A stretch of 64,000 nucleotides of DNA from Zancudomyces culisetae HAW-14-8 (lineage: Eukaryota > Fungi > Kickxellomycota). Below, piece by piece: positions 24,167 to 37,638 of the stretch. The notes under the pieces are model-generated. The model did no database searches. It was given only the letters and a program-made list of their open reading frames with translations, and had not been told where the DNA came from. Position numbers and translations under genes: made by a program. Location: assembly GCA_052426225.1 (NCBI GenBank), contig JBNJNM010000013.1, forward strand, positions 1,054,001 through 1,118,000, in the 5' to 3' direction. Each line of letters starts with the position of its first letter. Position 1 is the first letter of the stretch.

Positions 24167-27100
24167 TATCCTGCTTTTGTAATCAGGGATTTGGCCTGGA
24201 TTATATTTTTTATTTTTTATTTTTTATGTTTGATATTTCATTTTCCTCTAATCTTGTGTAGCAGCAAAAACAACCTCAAAATCGCACTTATTCCAAATAA
24301 AAAATATTAATGGTGCTTTGTGTTAATTGCAAATGCTAATTTATTGATTTGTGATTCTACTGTGATGCAAAAGACGAGCGGGAATCGCCTTTGAATATTT
24401 CAGTGGAGTGCGAGAATTTCGCTATGCAAAAGCTTTGACAAAAGAAATATAATTGATATCAGTTTGTATACATGTAACCACCTAACTTGTTTGGAGAGAC
24501 ATGGTATTATGGCATAATACACAAAATCTTATCAAGGCTTTTTAGTTGAGATTTTTCTTTATGAAAATATACGAACAGATAGTGCAAAGTTTGTGGTTTT
24601 AGTGTGTGCTACCTTTTTTTTATAGCGGTTTTAGTTCAAAGTTATTAAAGGTGATTGGAGACAGGGTATTACTTGCACTTTAATATATACCCCTTCATTT
24701 TGTTTTTTGTTTTTTGCAGGGTAAATAAATCTTGACACGGGTAGTTCAACAGATTTGAAACATTAAGTTCAAGAAAGTACAAAACGGATAGAATGTATGA
24801 AACGACTTTATACACATTCTTATTAGATAAATTGATCGATAGGTAGGCTTTAATTCGAAAATAGACTGAAGAACAAAATGCTTTTTTTTTACCGACTTTA
24901 CCTTGGTAATCATATATTGATCAATAAGTTGATAAGTGAAAGATAAATGATATAAAGAAAAAATTATCAGGAACGGATCAAAGGTCTCTATAAGGATTGC
25001 GGATGTTACGCTCCTTTCCTCTTTTGTACATACTGAGCTGCAAGCAACACCGACATTACACAATATCCTATTTATAATCATATTCATTAATATTTAAAAA
25101 CCCAAGTACTTTATATTGGTAATTTATTAATGGTTCATTCCATAAATAGGACAAGGCAATAAATCTTACAAAATAAATTCCGTTGAAGAGAAAAGTCTAT
25201 AGTTTTCTATTATTAGTAGATATTATTGCATAATTCAGGAAGGACACGAATGTGAAAGAATAAGAACATCTATAGACATCAATAAAGACTTTAAAAGTAT
25301 AGTGTGTTTCGATTCAATCCTTGATATGCGAACGGAACAATCTTTCCTTTTAGTTTGGCATGTTCATATGATGTAATGATGTAATGATGTAATGATGGGT
25401 ATTTTAGGATTAAATATCTCGTAATAAGGATCAAAATAGTAGCTGGAGTTGTAGTTGCTAATCAAAAGCCAAGTTATCACAAAAAACCCAAATCATATCC
25501 GTAAGCATGGGTGGGGGGGGGGGGTAACGTGCTAAAAAAGGACAATAAAAATGTATATCGTGTAAATTGATTATCAACCAAATTTTTTTTTAATTTCACT
25601 TCTAAAGACTTTATGGGTTAATTGGGAGTTTTGGACTTTAAACCATTGGGGGAGGGAAGTGAGAGAGAATATGAAATCTATTGAAGGGAAAAACATACCG
25701 GAAATTTAATTAAACACTTGAACAGCTTTGTGGAATAAGTGTGAACAGCAATTAGTTTACAAACGTTGCGAATTTGGACTGAGAATTAGGCTTTAATAAA
25801 AATGCTAGGTTAAAAAAGAATGTTGCGATAGATGGGGAATTTTTTAAAAGGTTTCGTTTTACCTGATATATTGCAATTAAATAAAGACGTAATTTGTAAT
25901 AGGTTACCACATTAAAAAAGAAATGTTCGGAAAAAGAGGGTGGCGAGAAAAGTAAAGTTAGTGATCTGACCAATACTCTCCACCTTTTTTTAAAGGTGAA
26001 TACAATATTGTGGACAGTGTGGGTGAGACCCTCTCTCCCCTATCATCATAGTCAAGCACTTTACAACAATTGCTGGGTTATGTTAAAGACTCACTTATGT
26101 AATGTTTTCTTTAGTAGATACTTTTTTAAAGAGGTAAGCCAAAAATAAGTGAAAAAGTAATAACCTTTTTTTAATTTTGTTGAGGGTAATTATTAGGTGG
26201 CTTGAAGGTTGGTGGGCAGATGACAAGGATAATATTCTGAAATACATACAATTATGATTTGTTCTTATGTGTGGAATGTAATAATTTACATAGTGATTTT
26301 CAGATAAACGCCAACTCACTAATAGAAATCTAACAATATAATATAATGGTATAATATAATGGTATAATGATATAATGATAATCAACGAGTATGAGTGATT
26401 CACTTCAGGTTAATGGGATAGGCTTTCCAAGTGGGTTTGAGAAAAATGATACACTTTGTCTTTTTCCACATTTTTTGCAAACACAACAAGGTGTGTATTG
26501 CGGGTTTTAAATTTAAATTATACCAAGTTGGGGAGAGACGAGTTAGTTACTCATTATTATCGATGGTGTTTAGAAAAACAGAAAAATAAAAGGCCAAGCA
26601 ACACAAACTGTCTTAATTTTTGTCTTGTACCTAAAATGCCTTTTTCAATCTTGTTTTGTGTAGAAACAAGTATAATCTGGAAAATAGAGCAGAATAGAGG
26701 AGCAAGAGGGTGGAAGGGAGTGAAGAAAAGGGAAGGGAAGGGAAGGGAAGAGAGGGTACATTGCATCTAACCACAAAAAAAAAACTAGTTGTATGGGTTG
26801 TGAGTTTATATTAGTTTTTAAAGTGTTACTTTTTTTTGGTGCTGTTTTTAGAAGAATATTAGCTGAGATTTTTATTCACAATTGCTGGGGCTTTAAATAA
26901 ACCCCCCCAAAAAAAAACAAGTGAAATAAAGAAATGGAAGACAGAAAATATATTTGTTGTAGAGTATGTAAATTACGGCAATTATCTCGTAAACAAAAGG
27001 TTTAGGGGAATGAATAAATTAAAAAGAATAAAGGTGGTGAGAAAACATAGTAAAAAAAGATAAAAAGGTAAGGCGGAGAAAAAAAGGAAGGGTTAAAATA

Positions 27101-27435
27101 GCAGAGGAGGGGTGGGGGAGGGAGAGTGAATTGATTGAAGAGGTGGAGTTGAAAAAAAAGCTGATTATTTTGTTGTTTTTTTCATTTTAAATTCTAAAAA
27201 TTACGTTCATTATTTTTAGAAGTTATTACCCATTTGTTAACTAATGGAAAAAAAGGTGTAACTGAATCAATAAAGAAAAATTAAAAAAAACTAACTCTAT
27301 AGCTGAAAAATAAAATAGCTATTAATAGCAAAGTTGGTTGTTTAGAAAGAAACAGCAAAAAAATAAAATATAACAAGATAGAACAGGAGGTACCATAAAA
27401 CTGAACCCTTGAAAAGATTTCTACTAAAGTTGAAA

Positions 27436-29499
27436 ATGAATACAACAAAGAAAAGGACATATACGAAAAGGGCCAAAGCCGATACAAACAAGTTCAAAGT
27501 TGAGGCTCCAGTAGAAATGGGTGTTTACGACCAAGTAACAATGGAAGCTCAACATAACCTAGGTACAATAAAGGATGAAAATAAACCGGTGGCAACAAAA
27601 GGAGCTAGAAAAACCCAAAGAGTATCCAAAGAAAGGGGTAAATACAGCACTAAACAATCAAAAAAAGCATCAAACACTAATGTTTTGGACTCCAACGGGT
27701 ACACTGAGACTTTCAACAACCCATTGGAGCAGGGATATCCAAAAGTAGTGAAGAACGACAGCTATGTATGCCCGAGTAGTATAGAAAAGAACATGTATAG
27801 CAATACAGAAAAGATTGGGTTTGAACAGCTTGGGGTAATTGAAGGAATGAGCTGGGCTGACTGCTTGAACCCATCGGTACAACTGCCCTCTTGGACCAAT
27901 TCAAGTCCATTATCACAGGGAACAAGTGTATTGTATAACAATAATGAAGGAGTATCAGGCCAGGGGTATTGTTCTGGACAAGCGTCAGAGACAGTTGGGG
28001 GAGTGTTAATGAAAAATGTGGTAGACACTCTGGATTATCTGATAAACGCACAGGGCACAGGGTTTGAGGGTGTATTTGGTGAAGGGGGATACAGGTCTAA
28101 TGAGATGGACATGGTTTCATTTGACGTCGAGGATGCCAAGTATAAAGAAAAGGTTTGTGGGCACTCTGCACCTGAAAACATGGTGGATTCATGGATAAAA
28201 CAGTTTATCAATCCAGATGCGGTGATTTGCGATGCACAACCTTCGGGGTTAATAGAGCCAGTTGACACAGAAAAGTTTGTTGACAGTTTAGACGAGTTGG
28301 GTGCGGGTAAGAAAACAAAGAAGGCAGCGACCAAACCAGTGAAAGAACGCAAACCTCGAGTAAAGAATGTAGATGAGGAGAAGGCGGTGATTAAAAAGGA
28401 GGGGGTGACTCAAAGAAAGTCTAGGAAGAACAAGAAGACGGCAGAGAAGGCCAAAGGGGGACCAGATGAGATTGTAATCAAGGCTGAGGAGGAGGATGAA
28501 GAAGAAGAGCTTTTGATGCCAATTTCCAAGAGAATGAGGATTTCAAAAGAAGAAAGTGTAGAGGACCGTGGGTGTTCACAAGAATTGGGTAGGATGGATG
28601 TGATTGGAGTAGCAAACAACGGCAACACAAGTGAGAAAGAGTATGCTACAGTGGGTCAAGATTGCTTGATGGGGAGTAGTCTTTCTAACTTGGCAAATGC
28701 ACAACAAGGTGCAAAGTTTACTACAATTCTACCACGAGCAGAGTTGTTAGGGGAGAGCAAACCGGTGATAAAAGTGGAGGACGTATCAAACAAAAGCATT
28801 TCAGAGTTTTTGAAAGCAAGCTCGCAGATAAATAGAGAGATTGGAATGCAGCAAAGTAACGGAGTTGTGGAGCAAAGTGATAAGGGGGCGATTAAGAAGA
28901 CAGGTGGCTCAAGACAAAATGTTACACCAGAACAGGTCGCAGCAAAGAGGCAGGAGCGACTGATTAAAAACCGGGCGGCGGCATTGTTATCGCGCAAGAA
29001 GCGGCGCGAACACATGGACAACCTAGAGTTGAGTGTTAGACGGCTTGAGGAAGAAAACAAGCAGTTGAGACTGAGGCTGGAGGAGACAGAGGGATTATTG
29101 GAAAAGATAAATGAGCAAAAGCAGGAGCAGGAGCAAGGGCAAGAGCAAGGGCAAGAGCAAGAGCAAAAGAATGAACAGGAGCAGAAGCCCAAGTTCAAGC
29201 CCGAGATTCACACGGGCAAGAATGAAGTAGTGCAAAAATGTTTGTTTGTAGAAAACGAGCATTCACAAAGCGAATTTGATCCACACGCACCTCGCCAAAA
29301 GTTCGTTGGATCAGTTCTGATGGCATTTCTGTTTTCAATCACAATGCTTTGTATGCCTCAAACGTTTGAGCCTACAGTTTCGCGGCTTAGTTCGACTGGT
29401 GACCATACCACGCTGAATTTTCCCACCAGTCCAACCTTGTGTTTACGTCCTTCACTAAGTCCAGCTCTTGAAAACCGGCTCAACACCCTTATAGAATGC

Positions 29500-29532
<33 letters not shown>

Positions 29533-30171
29533 CCAAATGCACCTCAGTTGATGATTCGGATGTGTCGTTCCATCAGCGAATTCACAAAGCGTGTTATTCC
29601 TAAAAGTCCTGTTCAAATTGCTCTTCCGGCTACTCCCAATTGCTCTTCTTACATCGACTCTGATCCTAATTCGCAACTCTCCGAAATCACCAGTCCTCTT
29701 CTGACGTCCAGAATCTTTCCTTCCAAATCTCTCGACCACTCTCAAATCCAAACCGACTCTGCCCCCCTGCATGTTATCCACCGTGACTTCTCTTCCCCTC
29801 AATCCACCATCGACTTTTCCTCCTCGCCTCCCTCATCCTCATCCTCATCCTCTGACCAATCCAACTCTCCGCCTTCCTCTCCAAACTCCGGCCTCACCGC
29901 TGTCTCCACCGCTGCGTCTATCTCTGCATCTCGTATCAATTATCTCTCATGCCATCGCAACCGCAGACAATCCCTACATTCTCGCTCCCGTTCCTTTGTT
30001 CCTGTAGATTCTGAGCTGATCTACCGATGGAGCGCCGATGCTGGCCAACTGTCTTGCAACCCAGTCATCCACCCTGAATCCACTCCTTCTCATTCGAACC
30101 CTATATCATATGGGTCTAGTATGGATCCTCCTGCAAACAACCGTGCTCCATACTCTGTTTCCTCCAACTAA
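27436..30171 (+). CDS. Membrane-anchored bZIP transcription factor (ATF6/CREB3-like architecture)
   Basis: bZIP KRQERLIKNRAAALLSRKKRREHMDNLELSVRRLEEENKQLRLRL (~28945-29110), followed by hydrophobic FVGSVLMAFLFSITMLCMP (~29302-29358). QEQ repeats and a Q10 run at 29503-29532. ATG at 27436. Confidence 0.85.
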
Positions 30172-30548
30172 TTTTGCCTTTGTGCTATTTAACCTTCCAG
30201 TATTTATATCTTGAAGCGTTTATGTAAAATCATCCTTATATTTATGCATTAACTTGTCAATAACAACATTTTTTTTATGATCATCTTGGTTTTGATTTTA
30301 TCCACACTTCCCATTCTTCTCAAGCAATAAAACTTGCAATTGTATGCTTACTCCCTTCACTTTATCTTTTTACTTTTATATGAGGATTTTGTTTATTCTC
30401 CAAATTTAAAATTATTATATTCTAACCAAGTATAAAGCCAAACAAATAAAAACCAGTATCCTTCTACATATCAACATTTATTTTTCACACACATATACCT
30501 CCCTAGTCTTCATGATTTTACTGCAATCTTATAGTTCTTATTCCCTAT

Positions 30549-31392
30549 TTAGTTTTGGTTGGTCTTTGGAAGCCAACTTTCTGGAAAAGCTGGGACTTTC
30601 TTTTTCAGTTTTTTCAAACTGTGGTTGACTGAGACCGGAACATCTAGATAGTGTTCACTGTTAACCTAAATATAAGCAATTTATCATATAGTTTAGTATA
30701 AATTATCATTATACGTTGTAAAATTCAAAAATAAATCCAAAAAATATCTTTACTTTAGATTCTTCCAAAAGCGCCTTAAATTCATCAACCAGTCGTTTCT
30801 TGTTCAAATTTGCAGTTGGCTCCCTGTCCGATGAAATCTTTAGAATATCGGTATTGAAATCGTAACGTGGACCGGCCAACAACAAAAACTTGTGTCGAGC
30901 AGCATTCGACAACTTCAAATCATCCACCTTCACTTGTAAAGTCACCCTTCTGTTCAACGAATCTTTTTCAACAGCATTGTTTGCTGATACTACTCCATGA
31001 ATCTTTGTGGTTTGAAATTTTAGTATTCTCTTTTCCGCTGAGGGGAGTGAAAATGGTTTGGAAAATCCTGATAGCTGAGGAATCTCGAATTTCTCCTTTC
31101 GAACATACTTTCTGACATCCCTAATGCTTTCCAACATCCAGTGTCCAAATGTGTGGTGACCATAATCTCCATGTCGATCATCTTCATCTTCTCGAAGTGT
31201 TTCTATATCAAATATGTTTTGTCGATGTTGTTCGTGCTTGACTCTGCGTCTCCTGCCATAGGCTGGGAATCTCTTGTTATACTCGCTTTTTCCCCCGTTT
31301 TCTCCTGCCTCTGTAGAATATACTTTGCTTTGCCAAAGGATCGGTAAGCTGATTCGTTGTTGAATACCACCCTTTCTAACCAAGCCCAGCAT
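30549..31392 (-). CDS. RSM24: Mitochondrial ribosomal small subunit protein mS35/Rsm24 (2 exons)
   Basis: Mitochondrial-type N-terminus. IRDVRKYVRKEKFEIPQLSGFSKPF...NRRVTLQVKVDDLKLSNAARHKFLLLAGPRYDFNTDILKISSDREPTANLNKKRL. Exon 2 reads YLDVPV...FPESWLPK. Confidence 0.9.
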
Positions 31393-32004
31393 TTTCGTTT
31401 CTAGTTGTATTTATACCCGCCTTTTCAAATGTTTAAATGAATCTTTTTTTTTCTCCCGTAAAATATTGATATTTTTTTATCTTGATATATTTTGTATTAA
31501 ATTTTTTTTTTCATCCAATCTTTTCTGCTATTTAAAAGTTATTGTTCTCTGGTCAAAAATCCATAATCTTTTTGATTTCAATAATTGCTGCAATACCTAA
31601 AGAAAAAAAATAGTAGAATGTTATAAATCAAAAAAAAAATTCTTGATAAAAATAAACAAAACCCAGCCAAACAAAATTATGCACTTGTATATTTAACTTT
31701 AACCTTAGCTTTAACATCACAGATCTATTAGTATAGAGGATTGATCCAACAATACCCTTTTTAGTAAACAGCGGATTTTGAGCACAAGTCTCAAAAGGAT
31801 CCGATTCTCATAAACTCGAATGCCCTTTCTTTTTTGTTTTACATTCGAACCACTCAACATGTGTTGCGTTGTTGTTTTCAGTTGTATATACATTTCATCT
31901 CCTCCCTTCCTTTCAGCCGACCATCATGTTTTTAAATGTTACAAGCATACCTGATCACACTGGGGTGGTATTATACATTGTGGTGCTGGAATATAACAAA
32001 ACTG

Positions 32005-32050
32005 AAAAGAAAAAGAAAAAGAAAAAGAAAAAGAAAAAGAAAAAGAAAAG
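32005..32050. repeat. (AAAAAG)n microsatellite
   Basis: Read directly. Confidence 0.9.
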
Positions 32051-32413
32051 GGGGTAAAAAAACAGAAGGAAGGGGTGGGGGTGACTAAACAATCTAAAGT
32101 CATTTTCATGGTTCTTTCCTATTCCTATTCCTATTCCTGAACCTCAAATCCGACGAATATCTAAATGTGGTCAACCTTTTTGGGTAACCACACTGTTCAT
32201 TTGTCCTTTTGCTTCAAGTTTACGTTGAAATAAACATTCTAACCATTTTCAGATTACTGAGTAAAAAAAAAAGAGAAAGAGAGAAAAAAAAAAGAGTATT
32301 CTAAATAGCTATTTACAACTATATGTATATAAATTAATGAAGAATAGTTAATACTAATTTTTCTGATTCATCTCTCCTCCTTCCCATTTACTGGTAAAAC
32401 GCATTTAAATGTA

Positions 32414-34176
32414 TTAAAGCTCAACAACTACAGGTGCAAACTCTTCATCATTATCTTCATCCTCCAGGAGCTCGTCATATGTAGGCAGCTCCCAGTTAAA
32501 CCGTGATTTAAGTAGCTCACGCAACTTATCAAGTCGCTTGACAATATCCTGTGATATTTCTGCATCTTGAGCTTCGTTTGAGTTTAATACAAGCATCTAG
32601 AAACAGTTTAATTATATTTTATCAGAGTTTTTTCTTTCTTGCCAATCAATTAACCTTCACATAGAAATCATTGCTATGTTTAAAAAATTTACCTTTAAAA
32701 CTTCAGTTATAAAATTTTCGGCAGTGAGTACATCAGAAAAAAAATCAGAAGGACATTCCATTAGTTGGTACTGAATAACATCTATAAATGGTAAAACCAA
32801 TTGTCTTCCAAGAGAAGAACTTAGTGTTTCCGAACTGGAACAAACCAAATACACGAGCCGTTTCCAGTGCTCAAGACCCGAAAAGTTTTGACCCATCAGC
32901 AAGAGTATAAATGCTATTTGGATCTCACCCAAGAGACGTTTTGGATCTATTCATATACACGCACTTTTCAGAAAAAAGAAAAACTATAGCTTGATAAAAA
33001 TAGTACAGCCGGATAACATCCAAACATTACATACCATTGTTGTAGCTCTCTTTTAGTTTAGCACAAAGCAACCAGCTTTTATCTCGACTATACTTGCTTC
33101 TCGTTTCAGGTGTACAGTTTTCAGGAAATGAACGTTTGAGGTCAATCGTATTAAACCTAAATACGTCCTCGGACTCCATAGTTGGTTGTATATCTGCTAT
33201 TTCTATATCGTCACCACCCTTGTTACTGTCATCATTCATAATAGATGTGTTATCCAACGTATTGTCTATAGATGCCTTCATTGTTTTTTTATACTTTTCA
33301 GCAGCCGTCCGATACTCCTCAGCATCATAACTAGACGAAGTCGCGGAGCTAAATTCTAATCTCTCAGGAAGATTTTCTTGAACCGTTTTGGGTTGGATGT
33401 AGCTCGTTAGCCTTCTCCATCTACTGTATACATCTCCTGCCCCTGTATATGGGTACGCACCCAAATTTCTATCCAAATCCCTTAGACCTACGTATATTAG
33501 ATTGGTGTTTTAGTAAGAGATTTACATTCATAATATAAATACTTGCGCTAAAAAAAGACATTCTTGGAAAGCCAGTACTAATATCAAGTATACTTGTTCG
33601 TTTTCCTCTTTAAACCGCACCTACCATGTTTCATTCGTTCCAGCATTTCTGAATTTATATTTTCATCAATAACCAGCTTTTCGCTTTCGGCATCCCATTT
33701 TCGTACAGATAACTAACGTTATAAAATATAAAAAGTGATTTTAAAAAATGTGTTTTTATGTCATTCAAATAAAATAAAAGGAAAAAGAAAAGTAATTAAT
33801 AAACCAAAAAACTTACTTGTCCCTCAGTAAACCACTGAAAAAAGCCGTTTTTCATTCCTGGTTGACCTTCTTTATTAATCGAGCTATGGATTGAAAAACA
33901 AAGTACAATCAGCTTACTCGTATAAAGCGAGTTTTATTAGTTTTATCTCCTTTTTGAAAGGCAGTATAATATAGAATATAGAAATTCATTCAGGATTACT
34001 AAAAGTTACCTGTATGTGATCAAGTGTAATCCTGGCGGTATGAGCTTTACTCCTCTGAATTTATTTCCAGTTTCCCACATATTCATGTCAATTCCAAACT
34101 CTAATTTTGCTGGTGGATTATTTACTACAAAAAACCCACCCTTTTCGAACAATGCAGTCGCCGTTTCAACGTCCAT
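32414..34176 (-). CDS. AAR2: U5 snRNP assembly factor Aar2 (6 exons)
   Basis: MDVETATALFEKGGFFVV...[82 protein letters not shown], and C-terminal EEFAPVVVEL. Confidence 0.95.
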
Positions 34177-37100
34177 TTGAACTATCGTGTTTGTTGAATT
34201 ATTGGATTTATTTTGAATTGTTAAATACGGTTTTATATTACTAAATTATTAGGTAGGTGGGTAGAATAAGAAATAATTAAAAATTTCCAAGTTTTATTGT
34301 AATTATAGGATGGAGGGGTATATACAATATTATTGTAACGATAAATTTTTTACTAAAGTCCAATATGCATGATATATTCTTATATATTTTTTTAACAACC
34401 AATGCTGGGACCAGTTAGAGGGATAAAATTTCTTCCCATTACCGTTTTGGTATTGGAAATCAACGATTGGAACACATTGTATTTTCAAGTACATATAGAT
34501 GGAAAAACCAAGTAAAAATGCATGATTTCTCAAGGAAAAGGTATGTGCGCTATCAACTATAATCAACAGGCAGTAGATGTTTTTATACAACCACACATTG
34601 GTACTTATACCAAGAATGTACACATCAAGATTCTGCACGCATTTAAACCGGCATAGTTGAGGTCATAGATCTAATGAAATTAATTATCTCTGGTGAACTA
34701 CTAAATGTACAGGTGACATAAAGCATGTACGATTCTTGGTGCTCAGCTAATTCCTAAAGTATATGATCGATAGAACTAAGCAGCGATTGGGTTGGTAACA
34801 AATGCCGTTTTGAAGCAAGAGGAATGAAAAATGAAGTAGGTGCCACTGCCTCTTTAATCACTTTGTTGAAGATCTACGTCTGCAGTCCCTGAATAAATTA
34901 GTGATGACGCTGTGACCATTACCATTCACACAAAACATTGTACACGGGGTTTTGTGCATTGGTTGAGGCAATATAGGCAAAACATAAGATCGAGATGAAT
35001 GCAATGGAAATAAGACCTTTTATCATCTTTATCTGCTATGGGAATGTCCGGAAAAAGACCATCTCGGAGTATTTGTGTGGTACTTTGGAGTTTCTGGTTA
35101 TATCAAAAATATAAGATGGTTTTGTTGCACAGTGTACTAACCTCGCATCAGATCCTGATCTATTGAAAAGCCCTTGAATTATCTTTGTCTATTCATGTTG
35201 GTTCTGATCACCTTAGAGCCTGTAAAAGTAACACTTTAGAAGAAAAATGTAAAAGTAACAAAATAACACTGCTTCAAGTTCTAATAATATTAATTATTGC
35301 AAGTCAGCTGTGATGAATTCAAGCCATCAGATGAGGAGCTGTACACAATAAATAATAGATTGAGCCATGTTTCAGCCAAAAGCCCAGGAAAAATCTAGTA
35401 TAAAGCGCGAAATGCATAACCTAAACTGGGATGATTAAAAGGTATTTTTTAATTTTTTTTTGTATCCAACGTAGGGAGCTGAGGCGGAAGGGAAATCGTT
35501 TCAAATATTTGTGGATGGGTTTTGTTTCATCACCGCATGTGAAAATTTATATTCTGGTAAATTCTAATCACATCTATATTTAAATAATTATTTGAAATTT
35601 GGTAAAATCTAGATGGAATTACATAATAATAGCAAAAAAGGCCCAAAGTTGTAGTCATGTGAGGGAAAGCAATCTAAATATTTTCAATCCGGCAAATGGT
35701 AGCAAAAGAAAAATAGGTTCAATTCCCGGAATGATTTCTTGATCTTTTCTACAACAAAAGCTTCTCGTAAATTCAGGTGAATCAAAGTAACAGTAGTGCT
35801 GAGACGAAATATATACGAGCTTAAATATATACAGTGTATATTTGTGTTAATATGATGCTTTTCAATAAAATTGAATGGTTTATTTAGCTGTCACCCCAAG
35901 GATTCTATGTGCAAATACTTTGCCGTTTTCCGTACCCGAAGGTTGAAGTATAGCATGATAAAGTTATCTGTTTCGAAACTGCAAAAAAAATAACTGAAAA
36001 ATTGCAAATTTCCTCTCTTGGAGAAGACTGTATCACAAATATTTGGTGTAATTAAACAAAAACCAGAGTGAGCATGCCATCTCCAAACTTGGTAGGATGT
36101 TTTATCAATAAAAAATAGTGAGCATGAAGGCAAGCTTTTTCATTTCCCTTCTACTGGTTATACCCTTTCAGTTGAAAATCCAATCAAACCCGTTTGACAG
36201 GCAGTTATGCAACTTGCATGGTGGTAAATGGTATATCATGTTCCAAACAAAATGGCGACACTCTCAGTTATCTCTGTGTAGAAACAGCTGTTTATTTTCA
36301 GTCTCCGAATTAACTGGACCTGTTATTATGCAAAAACATTGTTATTAATGTCAAGTGCACATATTATGAACAATGGTAATAAAGTGCATGATACTATTAT
36401 TTTCAATTACACGAATCACTGGACCCAAACTAAGTAGAACTCTGTGGTTGGAATGGGGGGTTTTTTTTAATCGATTTCTGCGGATGGATGGCTGGTGTTT
36501 GACGTCCAAATCAGCGGAATCACGAAGGGCTGAACTTCGTTGGCTAATTACCATAAAAATAATGGTAAAAGTTGATTACGTGATGTTAGCTAATAATAAA
36601 ATGAGGTGTAAATGGCGCCAATCACCAATGCTTGATTGGTTGCTTTCTGTTAATAGAAATAACTGTTATTCTGATATACGACATTTCATAAGATGAGGAA
36701 CAATATATGAACGATTCTGCTGATGTTGATTATTCACAATCCAATTTTTGGTTGATTTATAATGTCCGTTATTTATCAACCTTTTGGATTTAATGAAATT
36801 TAACTTGAATTGCTGACTTTCGCGGATTAAAAAAAAAGATATACAGAATTGGCAAACTGGATTTTCAAAAACAAAAACAGAATTGGAAATAACCATAAAA
36901 CGCCGTCCATTATTCCCCCCTCTTTTCTTTGTTTCTCCTGCCAGTGAGATGCATTAGCTAATCAACAAATACGAGTGCTTGAAAAGTGCAAACTTTAATA
37001 ACATGATAAAATAAGGGGTACACTTATTTTTTTTTTCTCTCTTTTTTAGGGTAACAACAATTAATGGGTATCCAATATCCAAAAATTCTATTAGCGTAGA

Positions 37101-37638
37101 AATTATCTTGTGGGTAATATTTGTAATTTCTATGGCTATAATGGTTTACAAGCAAAAGTTAGATTCAAAAATTTTTAATTTTATCCTGTTTACATAATTA
37201 GCTAATCTGTGATTTTGCGAATTCCAAAACTATTGTGTTAGCAGCACAAATAGAACATTCAAATAACTTAAGCGAATAGCTAGTGCGCTTAATTGAGTTA
37301 GGGTGAGTTTCCAATTTGCTTTTAGTGATTGATGATAATACGCACACTCACTAAATAAAATACCGTTAGTTACTTAAATAAAAAGCAAAGTGCTATATCT
37401 TGGTTATCTATTGGCTAGTGAAATATCGGAAAGCAACAGACAAAATAAGAATAGGAAGAACATAAAACAAAGAAATTAACAAAACACTAGGGGTAGAGAT
37501 ATTTTTTTGCATTGGCCCTGTTGTAGCTTGAGCTGACAACAAAAAAGATATATATAAAGGGTTTGTTTTGCCTCTGAGAAAACTGTATTGTTATACTTTT
37601 CGTGGTTTGATCAGTTGTACTATATAAGAAGAAAAAAC

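Noticed and set aside
24965-25090. Frame reading ...DCGCYAPFLFCTY-TGA-AASN, a CxxU-like selenoprotein motif next to the BRF2-like gene
   Set aside because: No ATG (in-frame TAA just upstream), no resemblance to SelW/T/H after the TGA and no recognisable SECIS; likely chance. A Seblastian/SECISearch run would settle it.
37000-37450. GATAA sites upstream of the permeases suggesting nitrogen regulation
   Set aside because: Only a handful, close to what an AT-rich background would give.
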